Source of the DNA: Amoebidium appalachense
Lineage: Eukaryota; Protista; Ichthyosporea
Assembly: GCA_963693365.1 (NCBI GenBank)
Contig: CAVNZM010000015.1
Span: 3,410,001-3,474,000 of the forward strand
DNA: 64,000 nucleotides
Direction: 5' to 3'
The notes under the pieces were generated by a model. That model was given only the letters and a program-made list of their open reading frames with translations. It had not been told where the DNA came from and did no database searches. Shown piece by piece: positions 39,425 through 52,766 of this stretch. Each line of letters starts with the position of its first letter. Position 1 is the stretch's first letter. A program made the position numbers and the translations under genes.

Positions 39425-40710
39425 CGATCCCTGACGGGGTTAAGGCCCTCGCCCTTCCCCATCTTTCCCTCCTTCTCCTTTCCCTTTTTCCCCTTCTCGA
39501 TCTGCGCAAACAGCTTAACCGTCGTAGCCTCACGCGCCAACAGCGCGTTTGCACGGACCAGCGTGGCGCTCGATGTGCTCTTGCCTACCGAGGGGCAGTA
39601 GCTGAGGCTGTAGCCGGGCACGTTCACATAGGCGTCCAAATCCATGACCCGGCGGAGGAGGCGCTCCGTTGCATCAAGGAAGAGGAACTTGGGCACACAC
39701 TGTTTGATGCCCACATCGATTGCATCAAGGCCTAGGATGACAGAAGCCTCATACCACGCAAATGCTTTCAGAATCTGGGACCCTGTGGCCCTTGCCTTCG
39801 CAAACGTGCCAACCGCAAATGTGGTGACCAAGTCGCGCCCGGTAGAGTAGTCGCCGTAGGAGATATTGTCGTTGATGAAGTTGTGGCCCAGATAACCTTC
39901 CTCCGAGAACGAACCTGCAATTCTTCCCAAATCCGCCGGTTTCACTGCGAATTGCAAAGTTTCCTGCACTGGCTCTGCGGGCACCACACGAGCCGTCTTG
40001 GCAATCTTAACCGTTTTGCTGTCTTGGAAGTACACCCCTGCCGCCGCCATCCCAGAATTGGAAGGGTCCGTTATCCACTCCTCTGGAATAGACTCACTCA
40101 ACTGCTGCTTAGCTGGAGCGGGCTTAGGGCGAAGACGAAGGGACTCAACCGTGGCTCTGCCCTGCTTGGCACCGTCGTTTTGCGAGTCCTCGGCCAAGAA
40201 GCCCCCCAAAAACGCCTGCTGGTGCCCCCACTCACCCCTGCCTGCCGTGCCCGTGTCGTCTCCGCTCTCTTTAGGCTGCTTGGTTGTGCCGGGAATATCT
40301 TGACTGGGCTGGTAGGCATGCACAAACCGATAGGGCGATGGTTGCTGGTTGGTGACGACAACCTTCTGAGCGATATAAGCCAACAGCTCCCAACCCTCGT
40401 CTCTCTGCCCCTCCAAACTGCCGAGGTCAAATTTACACAGCTCGAGCACGTGGCACAGATAGTCCACCTGCTCCTTGGTGGGAGGATCGGACACGTCTCC
40501 CTCCTGGGCAACTACCCTGTCCAGCAACGCTGCTAGCAGCCTACGAAAGACCAACCACCGAGAGGAGGATGGGCTGCGAATATACGCCACGCCCCGCTCA
40601 ATCACTGTCACCACTGCTGTCGACCACGAGGCCGTGTTCACCTGGCTGTCAAGAAACCCCTCTGCTTGCCTCTCCAGAATGCGACTTTCCTGTGCGTTTC
40701 CGGCTGCCAT
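39421..40710 (-). CDS. ORF1, gag-like protein of the retroelement
   Basis: 429-aa ORF from the first ATG after A1 (MAAGNAQES...) with a basic C-terminal tail KGKKGKEKEGK; positional assignment. Confidence 0.8.
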   Translation of the reverse strand: MAAGNAQESRILERQAEGFLDSQVNTASWSTAVVTVIERGVAYIRSPSSSRWLVFRRLLAALLDRVVAQEGDVSDPPTKEQVDYLCHVLELCKFDLGSLEGQRDEGWELLAYIAQKVVVTNQQPSPYRFVHAYQPSQDIPGTTKQPKESGDDTGTAGRGEWGHQQAFLGGFLAEDSQNDGAKQGRATVESLRLRPKPAPAKQQLSESIPEEWITDPSNSGMAAAGVYFQDSKTVKIAKTARVVPAEPVQETLQFAVKPADLGRIAGSFSEEGYLGHNFINDNISYGDYSTGRDLVTTFAVGTFAKARATGSQILKAFAWYEASVILGLDAIDVGIKQCVPKFLFLDATERLLRRVMDLDAYVNVPGYSLSYCPSVGKSTSSATLVRANALLAREATTVKLFAQIEKGKKGKEKEGKMGKGEGLNPVRDR

Positions 40711-40726
40711 GATTGCGAAAAGAAGC

Positions 40727-41194
40727 AAGAGAAAGCAAGAGCAAACCGTAAGGCACCAACTAATCAGACTGAGGTCTCAGCTTCTGCCCCTTTACACAAG
40801 GTGCCACCAAACCAAGAAAACACCCAAACAGCCTAAGTATTACCTTATCACGTTGCTCCCTCCCCTTTTTTCTTTTCACCTACACACTAGCTCTAAAAAC
40901 AAGAACTGAACGAACGACGCCCACAGCCAGCTCTACAAAGCTGGTGCGCGGCTCACTCACATTTTTAGAACAGTGGAAAAGCCACCAATCATATCACCTA
41001 TCTACTGATAACAGTTACTACGGATCACTTCATAACTATACCTGATCTATATCCAATCACTAAAGATACATACGACTGAGCTTAACATTCTACCCGTTAG
41101 GGCCAATCAGCTTGCACCGCTATGTAGCCGTTACCGCCGACTGACCGAACACGTGTCATCTCTCACCGCTGCCTCCTCCCGCTCGAGAACAACA
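40727..41194 (-). repeat. Split direct repeat A1 (5' end, probable internal promoter)
   Basis: Copy of A2; several CCAATC motifs. Confidence 0.95.
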
Positions 41195-42541
41195 GACTCT
41201 CCCTGTCTTTTCCCTGTTTTTCTCTCCACGTGCGCGCACACGTGCATACACACCCACACACACACACACACGTCCACACCTGCACCCACCACGAAACTTT
41301 ACACACATGCACTCGTGATACATACAGACGATAAAATGCGGTCAGGAAGCCTAGTTCCACTCTATTTGGGTGGCGGATAATGACACTAACAGTAACGTCC
41401 TGCGGCACGCATACATGCACGAGCATGTTCCCGTATGGCGCGGTATCGATCTTCGGTCGTCTTCCTATTGGCATCTGCGATTGGTGGATCTAGAGAGGGG
41501 TAGATGCATTCTTTTGTTCGTTTTGTGTGACATTTTGCCACGAGACTGACCGAAAGTTTGTTTAAAGTGACAAATTGGCTTTTCCTGACGCTTCATATAA
41601 AATGGTTTTGGCTTGATGAAGTGAGTTCATATCTATAGGTATGATTTCACTCGGCACCGAGGTGCATACGATCACATATATGGGTCCATATATGTTTATA
41701 TATCGCCAAATGTAGTTTGATAGACCATGCATAATACGTATACCGCAACACACACACGACACATTCACAACTGACACCCAGAAAGATAGCTTTAAAGCGT
41801 CTGGCTCTGGCCTCCACGTTTTTCAGGGTAGTCTTCTCTATTCCCTTATTAATGGTGCACAGTATGATATTGTGATACGGTGTCTTAGCTTTCTTTCGGA
41901 GCTACCGATGCTAGCCTCTGCTTACCCATAGTATGTAATAGGGATGTCGTATACACACGAACCGAACCACTACGATGGCGCTAATTGTTGCCTAGCATGT
42001 ACATATGTCACTAGCTGCATTTGATTGGCTGCGCTGGAAAACGCAGTAGAGTGTGGCTGGGCCCCCGACAGTGTCTACGCAATAAAAAGTGTGTAAAACC
42101 CAATATGTAGCTCGAGCTCTGATGCACTTGTACTTTGAATAGTACTCAGCTGCAGTGCTCAATGGCCAACTGCACATCATATATACCATTACAGTATGGC
42201 CAACAAAAAACAGTATCAGTCACTCCAAATATTGTAAAATGTATGATACACCTATCCTAACTACGGCCACACACAATACACACAATGAGCCGGCTGTTTA
42301 TTTTTAGCTCTCTATTTTTGTATTTGACCGGTAACGAGTCAACGCGGTGAACCGAAAAAATGCATTACACTGCTCGCCTAGGTCCACACAATCCAATGAA
42401 AAGCGTTCCCGCCAGATCTTACAGTTTAACTGATAGCTCATCGCGTTTTGATTGGCCAAAGACCCGTTACTAGGAGTGGGTGGCCGTGGGCAGCAAGATC
42501 TGTGTGGCTTTGCACAGCCTGGCGGCTTTCCCAGCCATTTG

Positions 42542-42565
42542 TGACGTCAGGATGGGATATATAAA
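42542..42565 (+). promoter_or_regulatory. CRE-like TGACGTCA plus TATATAAA upstream of the beta-helix gene
   Basis: TGACGTCA at 42542-49 and TATATAAA at 42558-65; CCAAT/ATTGG at ~42393 and ~42451. Confidence 0.55.
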
Positions 42566-42860
42566 GGGAGAGTGTTGGACAGATAGGCATCAGAAAACGT
42601 CGTGCCATAACGTGGCTGCACGCAGTCTCTTGCTTTCAATCAGCCAGTATATATACGCCGCGACACCCAATCTGCCCCAGCAGCGCAGTTGCATGTTTAT
42701 CAGTACTGACACGATCAAGTCTTTTTAGGCGACTGAGTAGATTTACTGTCTTCGTTCACATGCACACCCGTCAAGGTTTTTCCGTAGTAGTATAATAAGT
42801 AGAGCGTTGTGAGAATATATTGCATAATAGTATAGCCATTGTAGTATTTTCTTCTCGAAG

Positions 42861-45654
42861 ATGACAGACCTCGAGTCTGGTGTTCGCAAGAGCGGGTGGT
42901 CCACCCGCACCAAAATGCTTGTCGGTGTGGGGGCTGCTGTCTTGGTGGCTGCCGCTATAGCCATTCCTGTCGCTGTGGTAAGTCACTTTCCACCCTTTGA
43001 CTCTTGTTAAAGGTGTGATTGTGTGTTTTTGATGCAGACTATATAGCCGCTCACTAGTGTTATAGTCTAATGACATTAGAGCTGATGACATCAGAAACGT
43101 ATTCTTATTATCTGAAGTGAACAGGTTGCATAGCGTATGTGATCCATCAATGTTCAGGAACACAGAATACACACACACACACACACTCACATGAAAATCA
43201 CACTGAGGCCATACAAATACACACACGCGCGCACTTAAAGACACGCGTGACTGCACCCACGCACGCACAAGCACACCGTACACGCACATGCACAAGCACA
43301 CGCACAAGCACAATGAGAGCACACGCACATGCGCACATACACAGACACCCTCTTTCTTTTTGACACACATGCAGACACACACGTGCGCGCGCACGCGCAA
43401 ACAAACGCACACACACACACGTAAACTACTGCATTTGCGTACACAGAGCCACACGCTGATAGGTACACCCTCTAAATGAAACACAAGATAAGCACACACA
43501 CCTGGTTCTGGCATACTCCCTTGTGCTTGCCTTTTATAACTCATTGACTCCCGTTCACAACTCAAAAAGACCAAGGCACCTATCAACCTGCTTTCTGACA
43601 ACTGTGAAATTCCATCTCCGCAGACACAAGCAAACAAATCAGATTCCGAGAGCTCTGCCAACACTGGTTCAACAACACTGGCTGGAATCATCATTGACTC
43701 TGTCACTGTCCCAGCCCCCACCACCAGCAGCTCTTCTGCCTTCACATCAACCCCAATTACGTCCACCTCTAGTACTCTCCCAACCACCACCACAACCACC
43801 ACCACAACAACCACTACAACAACCACAACACCACCACCCCCAGAGCCAACGTGCGCGTGGATAGGTAACTGTGCAAGCCAGGTGTGCAACGCAGGCACAC
43901 CTGCATGCACAAAGTGTGTGGATGGGTACAATCTCCAGGACGGAAAGTGTGTGCTTTCCAACGTTGTTCCCGGCGCCTGCCCTGTCGTTGCTGTTGATCA
44001 GGTACGTCCCCCTTCCCTTCCCCGCACCCCCCACCCCTTCTTCCCTCACCCATCACTGCCGCCTCCACCACCAATCCACACACACACACTCGCGTGTGCA
44101 CGCACACGCTGCACACGCACACGCTGCACACGCACACGCACACGCAGACGCAGACACGCACACACACTGCACACGCACACGCTGCACACACACACGCACA
44201 CACACACACACACATGCGCGTGCGCGCACGCACGTACCCACGCGTGCAATGCGCAATGGGCACGCACATTCGGATGCCCAATGGGTAACATACACACACG
44301 CACGCACGCACATAGTGCAAATGCGCACGTACACACGTACATGCACATGCTCTTTCTTCCTGTTAAATGATAACTCTGTTCATTGGTGAACTCATTGCGC
44401 CCCCCCCCCCCCCCCCCCAAAAAAAAAAAAAAAAAAAAAAAAAAGCACACCTCTTGTTTTAACGATTCACAGTAATTCAGATGCCCATCAACACCCACTC
44501 ACTTTGCATACCCACAGACCTGCTACAACGACATTCCATCTGCCGTGACATCAGCCCCCTCAGGGAGCACGGTGACAATCTTCCAAGATGCCACGATCGG
44601 TTGGGAGATTGGATTTTCGAACAGCATTACGATTCAAGGCAACCCCAGTGCAGGCCGCGCGATCAAGCTCACGTGCGCAATGGATAGCCAATGGGGTGGC
44701 ATGTTTAGAGCCACCGGAAACGGACAGACGGTCACGCTGAAGAATTTGGAATTTGTGGGCGGATCGGGATCGTGTTCCGCGTTCCGCACGACCGATCTCG
44801 GATCCGATCAGCAGCCGCAGGAGCCGACGCAGGTGGTTAACCTAAACGCCAACGGGTGTACGTTCCGAAATTTCAACACGTATTCCCGCGGTGGCGCGGC
44901 GATCTTTGTGGGTCTCACAACTTCCACCAACATTGACGGGTGTTCGTTCACAAACAATAAAGTCAACGATTACATGAACGGAAACGAGCAAATCTTCATG
45001 TGGATGGGCGGCGGAGCGGTTTGGATCAAGAACGTCCGCGGATCCACGACCGTCACAAACAGTTGGTTTAGCGGAAACACGTTTTGGTTTAAACACAGTT
45101 TGGGGGGTGCGTTGATGATCGAAACGGTAGAATCACGATCGACGGTACGTGTTTCCGGAAACACGTTCCAGAATAATATGGCGTCTGCCGGGGGCGCATA
45201 TTACACGGCGGCGGTTCAGGGGGGTGGAAAGCTATATTTGGATTCTACGTTTGAGAGTAACGAGGCGAGGGAATTTGGTTGGAATTCGCGTGGTGGTGCA
45301 GCGTGGATTGAACAGGTTGCAGGTTATGTGGAAATCACCGGCGCTTTCCGGAATAATTTTACGCCTCAGGGACGCGGTGGCGCTCTGGCCAATAACATCG
45401 TTACAGGTACGGTTCTGATTAACGCTGAATTTACCACAAATTCAGCCGGAAAATGGGGTTCGATCTGGGCTGCATGGAGCACAGGCGTACCCATAATGGG
45501 AAACGGAAAAGTTATTCTGCAGGGTACGAGCAGAATATCCGGGAATACATCTGGACAGGGGTCGCTTATGCTTTTCAACGGACCGGGTGTTTGGTGGTCG
45601 GTGGACAAATTTGACGGTCAGACGATAACATACACCGCACTTGGCAGGCAATAG
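42861..45654 (+). CDS. 543-aa membrane-anchored surface protein: signal anchor, Thr-rich stalk, Cys-rich repeat and right-handed beta-helix (Pmp/pectin-lyase-like); exons 42861-42977, 43624-44001, 44518-45654
   Basis: Phase-0 GT-AG introns join cleanly. MLVGVGAAVLVAAAIAIPVAV anchor, poly-Thr, CTKCVDGYNLQDGKC, and repeated FxxN and GGA(I/V/L) motifs. Confidence 0.85.
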
Positions 45655-47181
45655 TATGTGAGAGCACCAAACGGGAACATGTGCAACTATTGATGTTGAA
45701 ATATGATCTTTTGTTTCTGTTTATGTGTTTCAAAAAGAGTACCATGTCCGTTTATTTTTTGTTTTGTTATCTTTCTATTATGCACATTTGATGTTGATTC
45801 CTATGCTAGACACCAGCAAAAATAACATGGCTTAAGCAAACCTATGCTTATAAACATTGCTAGGGACAGAGTCGCCCTTTTTACACGAATAGATGTATTT
45901 GTGACCTGCTCGAGATTTTCTGTCTTCCTTGCCTCCAACTTATGTGACTGGAGCTTATGTATTACAGAATTGAACAATGCCGCGATTTATAAGATTTTAG
46001 ACACCAATACACGCTCCCGATGAGTGCTAGTGTCTTCAGTACTCCAATTCCACGGAAAACGTTCTGCGGCCTGCAGTTCATATCATACTCGGAGGAATTC
46101 CAATAACGGGGTGACTGGAATTAAGATAATGGGTACTTTAAAAGTATTGTCCAACTGTCTTATTTTCCCCGAGCCAATAGCCTCCGGTATCTTAAATTTT
46201 AATTTTGTCTTGCCATTTTTTCAGCCGGGTGGGTGGGTGGGTTACAGTGGGTGGGTGGGTGGGGAGGGGAGGGGAGGGGGGGGGGGGGGGGGGGGGGGGG
46301 GGCAACAGGCACAGGATCACTGATGATGATGAAAATTCTACTCATAGTGCACGTGCCATCCGTGTGCACCACATGTACAAATCCTATAGCCTGAATGAAC
46401 GTTAATATAGACGAGGCCAAAAATTAAGGGCAGCCATTTTAAAAACATTTAAGACACAAAAAACACCGGCTCTGCGAACCGTTGTTTTGGGCCTGCGGCG
46501 ACATGTGGCTTTTGCATACTCCAATGTATGCGCATGAGACCCACTCGTGTGTGGGTGTGTGTGCGTGTGCGTGCGTGTATGCGATCAATTGCGAGTGTGT
46601 GTATGCTTGTGTGTGTGTTTTTGCATGTGTGCATGTGTTTAGCTTCCTGGGGGGAGTAGGGGGGGGAGGGGGGAGGGGGGAGGATGTTGGCTTACGAAGT
46701 GCCCTTGTGTGCCAGTTCGTGCGCAAGTGAGACAGCGGAGGGGAGGGGGGGGCGAGGGGGGATGGGTGCATAAAAAGATAATAACCCCATTAAGCTCAAA
46801 TTTAAAGATAACGAAAAGCGAGAAATGCCGTGCCACCTAAGCAAACATGGCCCACTGATGCTCCTTCTCCCACCCCCAAAGTTTCCCCTCCCCTTCACAC
46901 TTTTCAGACATGTAGGCATCCTCCTCCCTCCATTCCCCCCTCCTCTCCCCCCACCCCCCCTCCCCCCCTCTTCTCCTCCTCCCCATCTCTCAATAACCCA
47001 TAAATAACTCCCAGTCACCGGGTCCCCCCCCCCCCCCCCCCCCTTTCCCCCCCCGCACATGAACGTGTGCATGCACACACACACAAAAACAACTATTGCT
47101 CGACACTAACACGCACACACGCACGCGCATCCAAGCGTGCACTCGCGCACGCAGGCACACGCTCACAAGCGCGCGCACACA

Positions 47182-47230
<49 letters not shown>

Positions 47231-48372
47231 ACACCCACACACACACACACACACACACACATACATACATACACACACGCGTGCGCGATTACTCCTCATA
47301 AACCCCATCCCTTCTACAGTGTGAGATTCAGAACCTCAATATCGAGGTTCACAAAAAACTCGTAAATGTGTGGGCATGAGGTGGATGGTATTTTGAAAAA
47401 GAGGGGAGGAGAACTGAAAGAAGAGGGGGCCTGTGAAGGGGGGGGGGGGGGGGGGGGGGGGGGAGGGGGGGGGGGGGATATGGTACGTCCCGGGACGTGC
47501 GAGCCGGTGGGGGGGAACCGCCGGGGGGGGGGGGGGGTCCTGGTGTTGTTTTTTTTTTTTTCTTTTTTGTGTGCGTGTGGATGTGGACTGTCACGTGGGG
47601 AGGGGGGAGGGGGGGGGGGGGGGGGGGGGGGGGAGGGGGCCCGGTGAGTGGGAGTTGTGGCTGGGTTTTTGAGAGGGGGAGAGGAGAATGGGGAGCGCGG
47701 GGGGGGGGGGGGGGGGGGGGGGGTTGGCAACAGGGAAACGTTGAGGACCCATGCGGCATCACGGTTTCAACTGCTGTTTGGTAGACTGTTTGGTGGGGAA
47801 ATGAAGCATTCATTCGTTTAGTGTACATTTAAACGTGCAGCAAGCAACTCAGTAATCAACGCAATGTCCAAGCACTAGCCCCCCCCCCTTACCCCCTCCC
47901 CCCTCCCCCTCCCTCCTCCCACCTGTAACCCCCCCCCCCCCCCCCTCCCCCCTCCCCCCTCCCCCCCCCCCCCTCCCCCATTTTTCTTGAATATTCAGTA
48001 TGGTATAGTCCATGAGTTAAAAAAAATCAAAAAAAACAAAAAAAAAAAAACTATTTATCCAAAGTTCAAGCTCAATTTTAGTCACCTCCCTTTCTAGGGA
48101 AATAGCATTGTGTTGAATTGGTTTCAGAGAGTCAAAATGAAGCGGGGTGGGAGCATCCAGGATAGATGCACTCATCTAGGGCTGCACCGCCGTGGCTGCT
48201 TGACTCGGTTGTGGTGAATATTAGAGTAACGATAGCTACCTTTCAAATTATCTATAGAGCAACTATGCGTATGCGTGGCACGCAAGATGCTTCTTTCCCA
48301 TCATGGCCTTTTCAATCCCTGCTATTGCTTGCTGATTTAGCCTGCTAGCTATACCACTGGAAAAACGTTTTT

Positions 48373-48410
<38 letters not shown>

Positions 48411-48539
48411 CGAGAGCGTTTGCTTGTGCACGCGCGACACACACACACTTTCGCATGTGGGATACACGCAAACACGCGTACATGCACACACATGCACACA
48501 CACATACACACGCACACACACAGACACACGCACGCACAC

Positions 48540-48629
<90 letters not shown>

Positions 48630-49399
48630 ATGCAGGCACGCACACACGCACACGCCTACATACACACACATGTGGGCATTTTTTTTGCCCATACACGTGC
48701 CCGTACGCACGTGTGTGTGTGTGCACACATGCACGTACGGGTGTGCGCGTACACACGCACGAGTCCACGCACACGTTCAAACATCAGCACTCAGCTATTA
48801 CAGCTTCGAGGGAATAATACTATGATCATGCCATCAATATCAGCTCTCTTTCTCTCCCTTTTTCATTCCGCCCCACACAAAGCCGTTGCTGCCATGCCCT
48901 TAAGACCTCCCCCTCTCCCCACGGGCCGCCTATTAAAGATAGATACATGTACACATACATGCACAACTGCCATCCCCCTTATTACTATGCTCATAGGTAT
49001 CATGTCTGTCCCCACATCTAATGTGTCTCCCTGAGCCAAGCTGGCGCACCAAACAGTGGCAAACACATTACCCCTGTGTACACCTGAGCCTGTGACAACC
49101 ATCACCAACTTACGGTGACGTCAATCTGTCTGTGCCTTGATCAAGGCAGATTAGATCTAGACCATTTTTATTTTATTTTTTCTGTATACAATACATCTTT
49201 TCCTCTGTGGTGTATATTGTGTATATGCACTCCCCTTAGAAGCCTGAGCAACCTAAATGGTGATTGCATTGCACTCTCCATCTGTTATTTGTTTGCCTTT
49301 TGAATGATGGTGGCTCGGGGATCTTGCGAGCCTTTTGCACCTCCTCCTAAATAACCAATAGTGTGTCTTGGACATAGATCTAAAGCACTGATTCGATAA

Positions 49400-49713
49400 A
49401 TGAATCTACCAATCATTCCTTTATCACCGGAAGAAATCCACGCATATGATCATCCGAATCGTCAACAAAGATCTATGCCGTTTGTGCTACATTATTTGCA
49501 TGCGCTGAGAGCTCATGTCAATGTGTATAAAAACTAAGCGCTTTGTATATTCCCCATTTGTCTCTAAAGAGCCTATGAATGCTTGTTCCGCTAGATCATT
49601 GCCCTATCCCACTCATCAGAAAACTGTACATCTTTTGTCACAAGCAAATCCGGATCATGAGTTGGCATATGTAGACCGGCCACCTCAACATCTCGGGTTT
49701 CGAACGACCTATT

Positions 49714-49753
<40 letters not shown>

Positions 49754-50633
49754 TCCTCTACTTTACAGATAAGCTGACTTAACACATGGTCAATGGTTGA
49801 GACGTATCATGAAATTATATATCTTACAACGAGGCTTGCGGCTGGATTCCTCTCTGTACATGTTCCCGTCTGCTTGGTCCGCGAATAAGATTACGCCAAC
49901 ACCAACCAACTCAGTGCACAACATGCATGATGGCTTCATGCGAAGTCCTGCAAAGTATCGTGATTGGTCTTGGTCGCTTTTGGTGCGTGTATTCTATCAC
50001 TTCTCACTTTAGAAATACCCACGTGCCTAAATTATACAACTCACAAGCTGGGTTTGTCCATCCACTATGCATAGCTAGTCCGCTAACTATTTACCGTTTT
50101 TTTGGTTGCAAAACCTGCAGGTAATTCAAAAGGTTTCTGACACTACCAAAAACGCAACGGTCTGCGTTTGATAGGCTTCAAGTGGGTAGAAGAGGCAGTT
50201 TCGGCACTTGTCTCGGTGCTAGGAGTAATATAGTAGCCCAAGTGTATATTTTTATGACTGTGGGTGTTGGTGAAAGTACGTTTTCTGCGACTAATACTGC
50301 TAGCACCAGTACTACGACCCAAAATTACCCAGTTTTCTGTTTTTGCAGGCGGAACAAAGGCCCCTGCCTACTAGTAAGATAGATATTACTATGACCGGTC
50401 TGTGACTGCTTAGCCTACGTTGAGCTGTTCTTATTTGTGATTTTTGTGCATCGAAAACGAAGTGTTGTTCTGTCGTATAAACTATTTTTGCGTTGCACTG
50501 CAGACACCTCAATAAATTTAAACCCACAATAGTATAATAGTATCAAGGACCCTTCAGAGGGAGAGACTACATAGTCGGCAGCTTCAAAAAATGCCTTTGG
50601 TCCGTCTTCAAAACTATCACTAACAGAGCTCAT
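49400..50633 (-). pseudogene. Possible highly degraded MULE/Mutator transposase
   Basis: Across shifted frames: LLYYCGFKF...LRFRC (FLYWCH/WRKY-like), LA..IVD...TWVFLK, and SDQD...AGL...EAIMHV...WCWRNL resembling SDxxxGLxxAI...CxxH. Many stops. Confidence 0.35.
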
Positions 50634-51246
50634 AAGTTAAATTCAACATTTTTTTTTAATTGCACCAGAATTCATAGCACTTTCGCCCCTAAATTATGTA
50701 CACCAGAATTCAAAGCTCATTTTCCCCTCTGTTTAAATCTCACCACAATTCAAAGCAAACGAAGGACAACTGAGACATTTGGAGCACGGGCATCATCAAA
50801 TCGGGGGCTCTTGGTCCGAACATAGCTGCTACAACGTACAGCGGACCTAGAGAGATAAAGTTAAGCTGCGGATGTGGACCGGAACGAACATTTGTGGAAA
50901 AGCCCCAACCTATGGAGGATTATAGACAGAGAGCATGTAAGTGGGGTTGCTTTTTGTGCTCAAGCTGTGTGTGCCCTGATTACCTTGCCTGAGATGTGAT
51001 TCATGCTGTACGTGTTTTCAACACATTTTCTACACAACCGCATGCACACAAACACAAACACGCACGGGGGCACACACACGGGTCCACGCACACACACACA
51101 GACACACACGCACACAGACACGCACACACACACACGTGCGCGCGCACACACACACACACACAACACACACACACACACACACACATACACATACATATAC
51201 ACACACACACACACACACAGACACACAAGCGCAGGACGCAAACACA

Positions 51247-51332
<86 letters not shown>

Positions 51333-51791
51333 GCCAGACAGATACACACACGCGCATGTGCACGCATCCACACACAAACAGAAATACAGACACACAGACA
51401 CGTACACACGTATGCACCCCCCCCCCCCCCTACACACACACACACACAACACAAAGACACACACAGCCACCATGCAACACACACATAAACACACAGGGCA
51501 CACAATCTGACCACTCCCCCCCCCCCCCTCCCCCCTTTTCCCCCCCCCCCTCCCCCCCCCCCCCTCCCCCCCCCCCCCCCCCAACCTATACACACCCTCT
51601 CCCCTGCAAACCACACCCCCAAACACATACACAAACAACGGGCCCTGTAGAGAGCTCTGCCATCAAGTGCTGGAACCCACGGTAACCCAGAAATTTATCG
51701 GGGAAGTTTATCATCAGCAAGAACTCCAAATCAGCACCGCCCCTACAAAAATTTGAAGAGTCAGAAAATCCCACGAATACTGAGTTGGAAA

Positions 51792-52280
51792 ATGCGCAAG
51801 CTACCCCCCATCCAACTTTCGTTCGGCATGACGTTGCTAGTTATCGGTACAATTGGTGGGGTTGTTTTGTTTATTTTCGAGCCTGCGTCATTTTCCGGTG
51901 TTTTTATCTCCACGGCAGCGATATACCTCGGCATGTACCTCCCTTGGCTCCTAATGAGCCACTTTTACGCACGGTACAATGCGCAATTATCCGGAAATGA
52001 GGATCCGGAAACCGGAAATGGAGAAGACCTGGAAATGATGCTACAGCTCAGAACCATTGAGCGGGAGGAGGTATTTGTAGAGGAAAAAAGAACATACAGA
52101 CCGATTTTTGAGTTTCCCCCGTCAATCGGCATCGATTTATCGGACGATGGCTCCCTACCCGTATTTTTGTTGGCGAATTATCAGAATTTGCAAGGACCCC
52201 CACCCACATACGCTGCTGCCGCTAATCCAAAGAGCAAAGCGCAGTTGGCTTCCTTGGCACCAGCCCCAGGAGGGGCTTGA
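51792..52280 (+). CDS. Small two-TM membrane protein with a C-terminal PPxY motif; upstream exons possible
   Basis: Hydrophobic segments LSFGMTLLVIGTIGGVVLFIF and VFISTAAIYLGMYLPWLL, an acidic tail and PPPTY. Confidence 0.6.
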   Translation: MRKLPPIQLSFGMTLLVIGTIGGVVLFIFEPASFSGVFISTAAIYLGMYLPWLLMSHFYARYNAQLSGNEDPETGNGEDLEMMLQLRTIEREEVFVEEKRTYRPIFEFPPSIGIDLSDDGSLPVFLLANYQNLQGPPPTYAAAANPKSKAQLASLAPAPGGA

Positions 52281-52376
52281 GCAGAAAATTTGAAAATTTA
52301 GGCTATCTAGCCTCGGGATGTTGTGTTTTTTTTTTTTTGTTTTTTTTTTGGGGGGGGGGGGGGGGGAGGGGGGGAG

Positions 52377-52411
<35 letters not shown>

Positions 52412-52450
52412 CGCGTGGGGACGGCGTGTACGTGTTTGTGTGTGTGTGTG

Positions 52451-52501
<51 letters not shown>

Positions 52502-52732
52502 TGTATTTGGGTAGCATGTGTGTAGATTTTATGTTTGTCTTTCAGGCCTCAGTCTCGGGGTTGTTTCTTCAACGTTAACTTTGTCTGCACTCCACCCCCT
52601 TGATAGCAACTTCATTTAACTGCCCCTTTGTATGGTCGTTTCTGTTACATCCAATGTGTTAAAAAACCCCAAAAAAATGTTTTTCTTCTGTTTCATAGAC
52701 AACCTTCTTTTTTTTCGCTGGGGGCGGGGGAA

Positions 52733-52766
<34 letters not shown>

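Larger units (their letters stand above)
34894..41194 (-). mobile_element. Intact tyrosine-recombinase retrotransposon with split direct repeats (Ngaro/VIPER-like)
   Basis: Sense order A1 (41194-40727), ORF1, RT/RNaseH, YR, B1 (35976-35673), A2 (35672-35211), 15-nt spacer, B2 (35195-34894). All three ORFs are open. No TIRs and no integrase-type TSD. Confidence 0.95.

Noticed and set aside
39425-39500. Calicivirus-type TURBS (UGGGA) upstream of the stop/start sites
   Set aside because: Only near matches (UGGGG, UGGGU) occur on the sense strand; not supportable.
41329-41505. Exon-like segment right of the YR element
   Set aside because: Contains an in-frame stop and could not be linked to other exons or a known domain.
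42771-43961. 396-aa minus-strand ORF
   Set aside because: Antisense shadow of the Thr-rich exon and (CA)n intron of the plus-strand gene.
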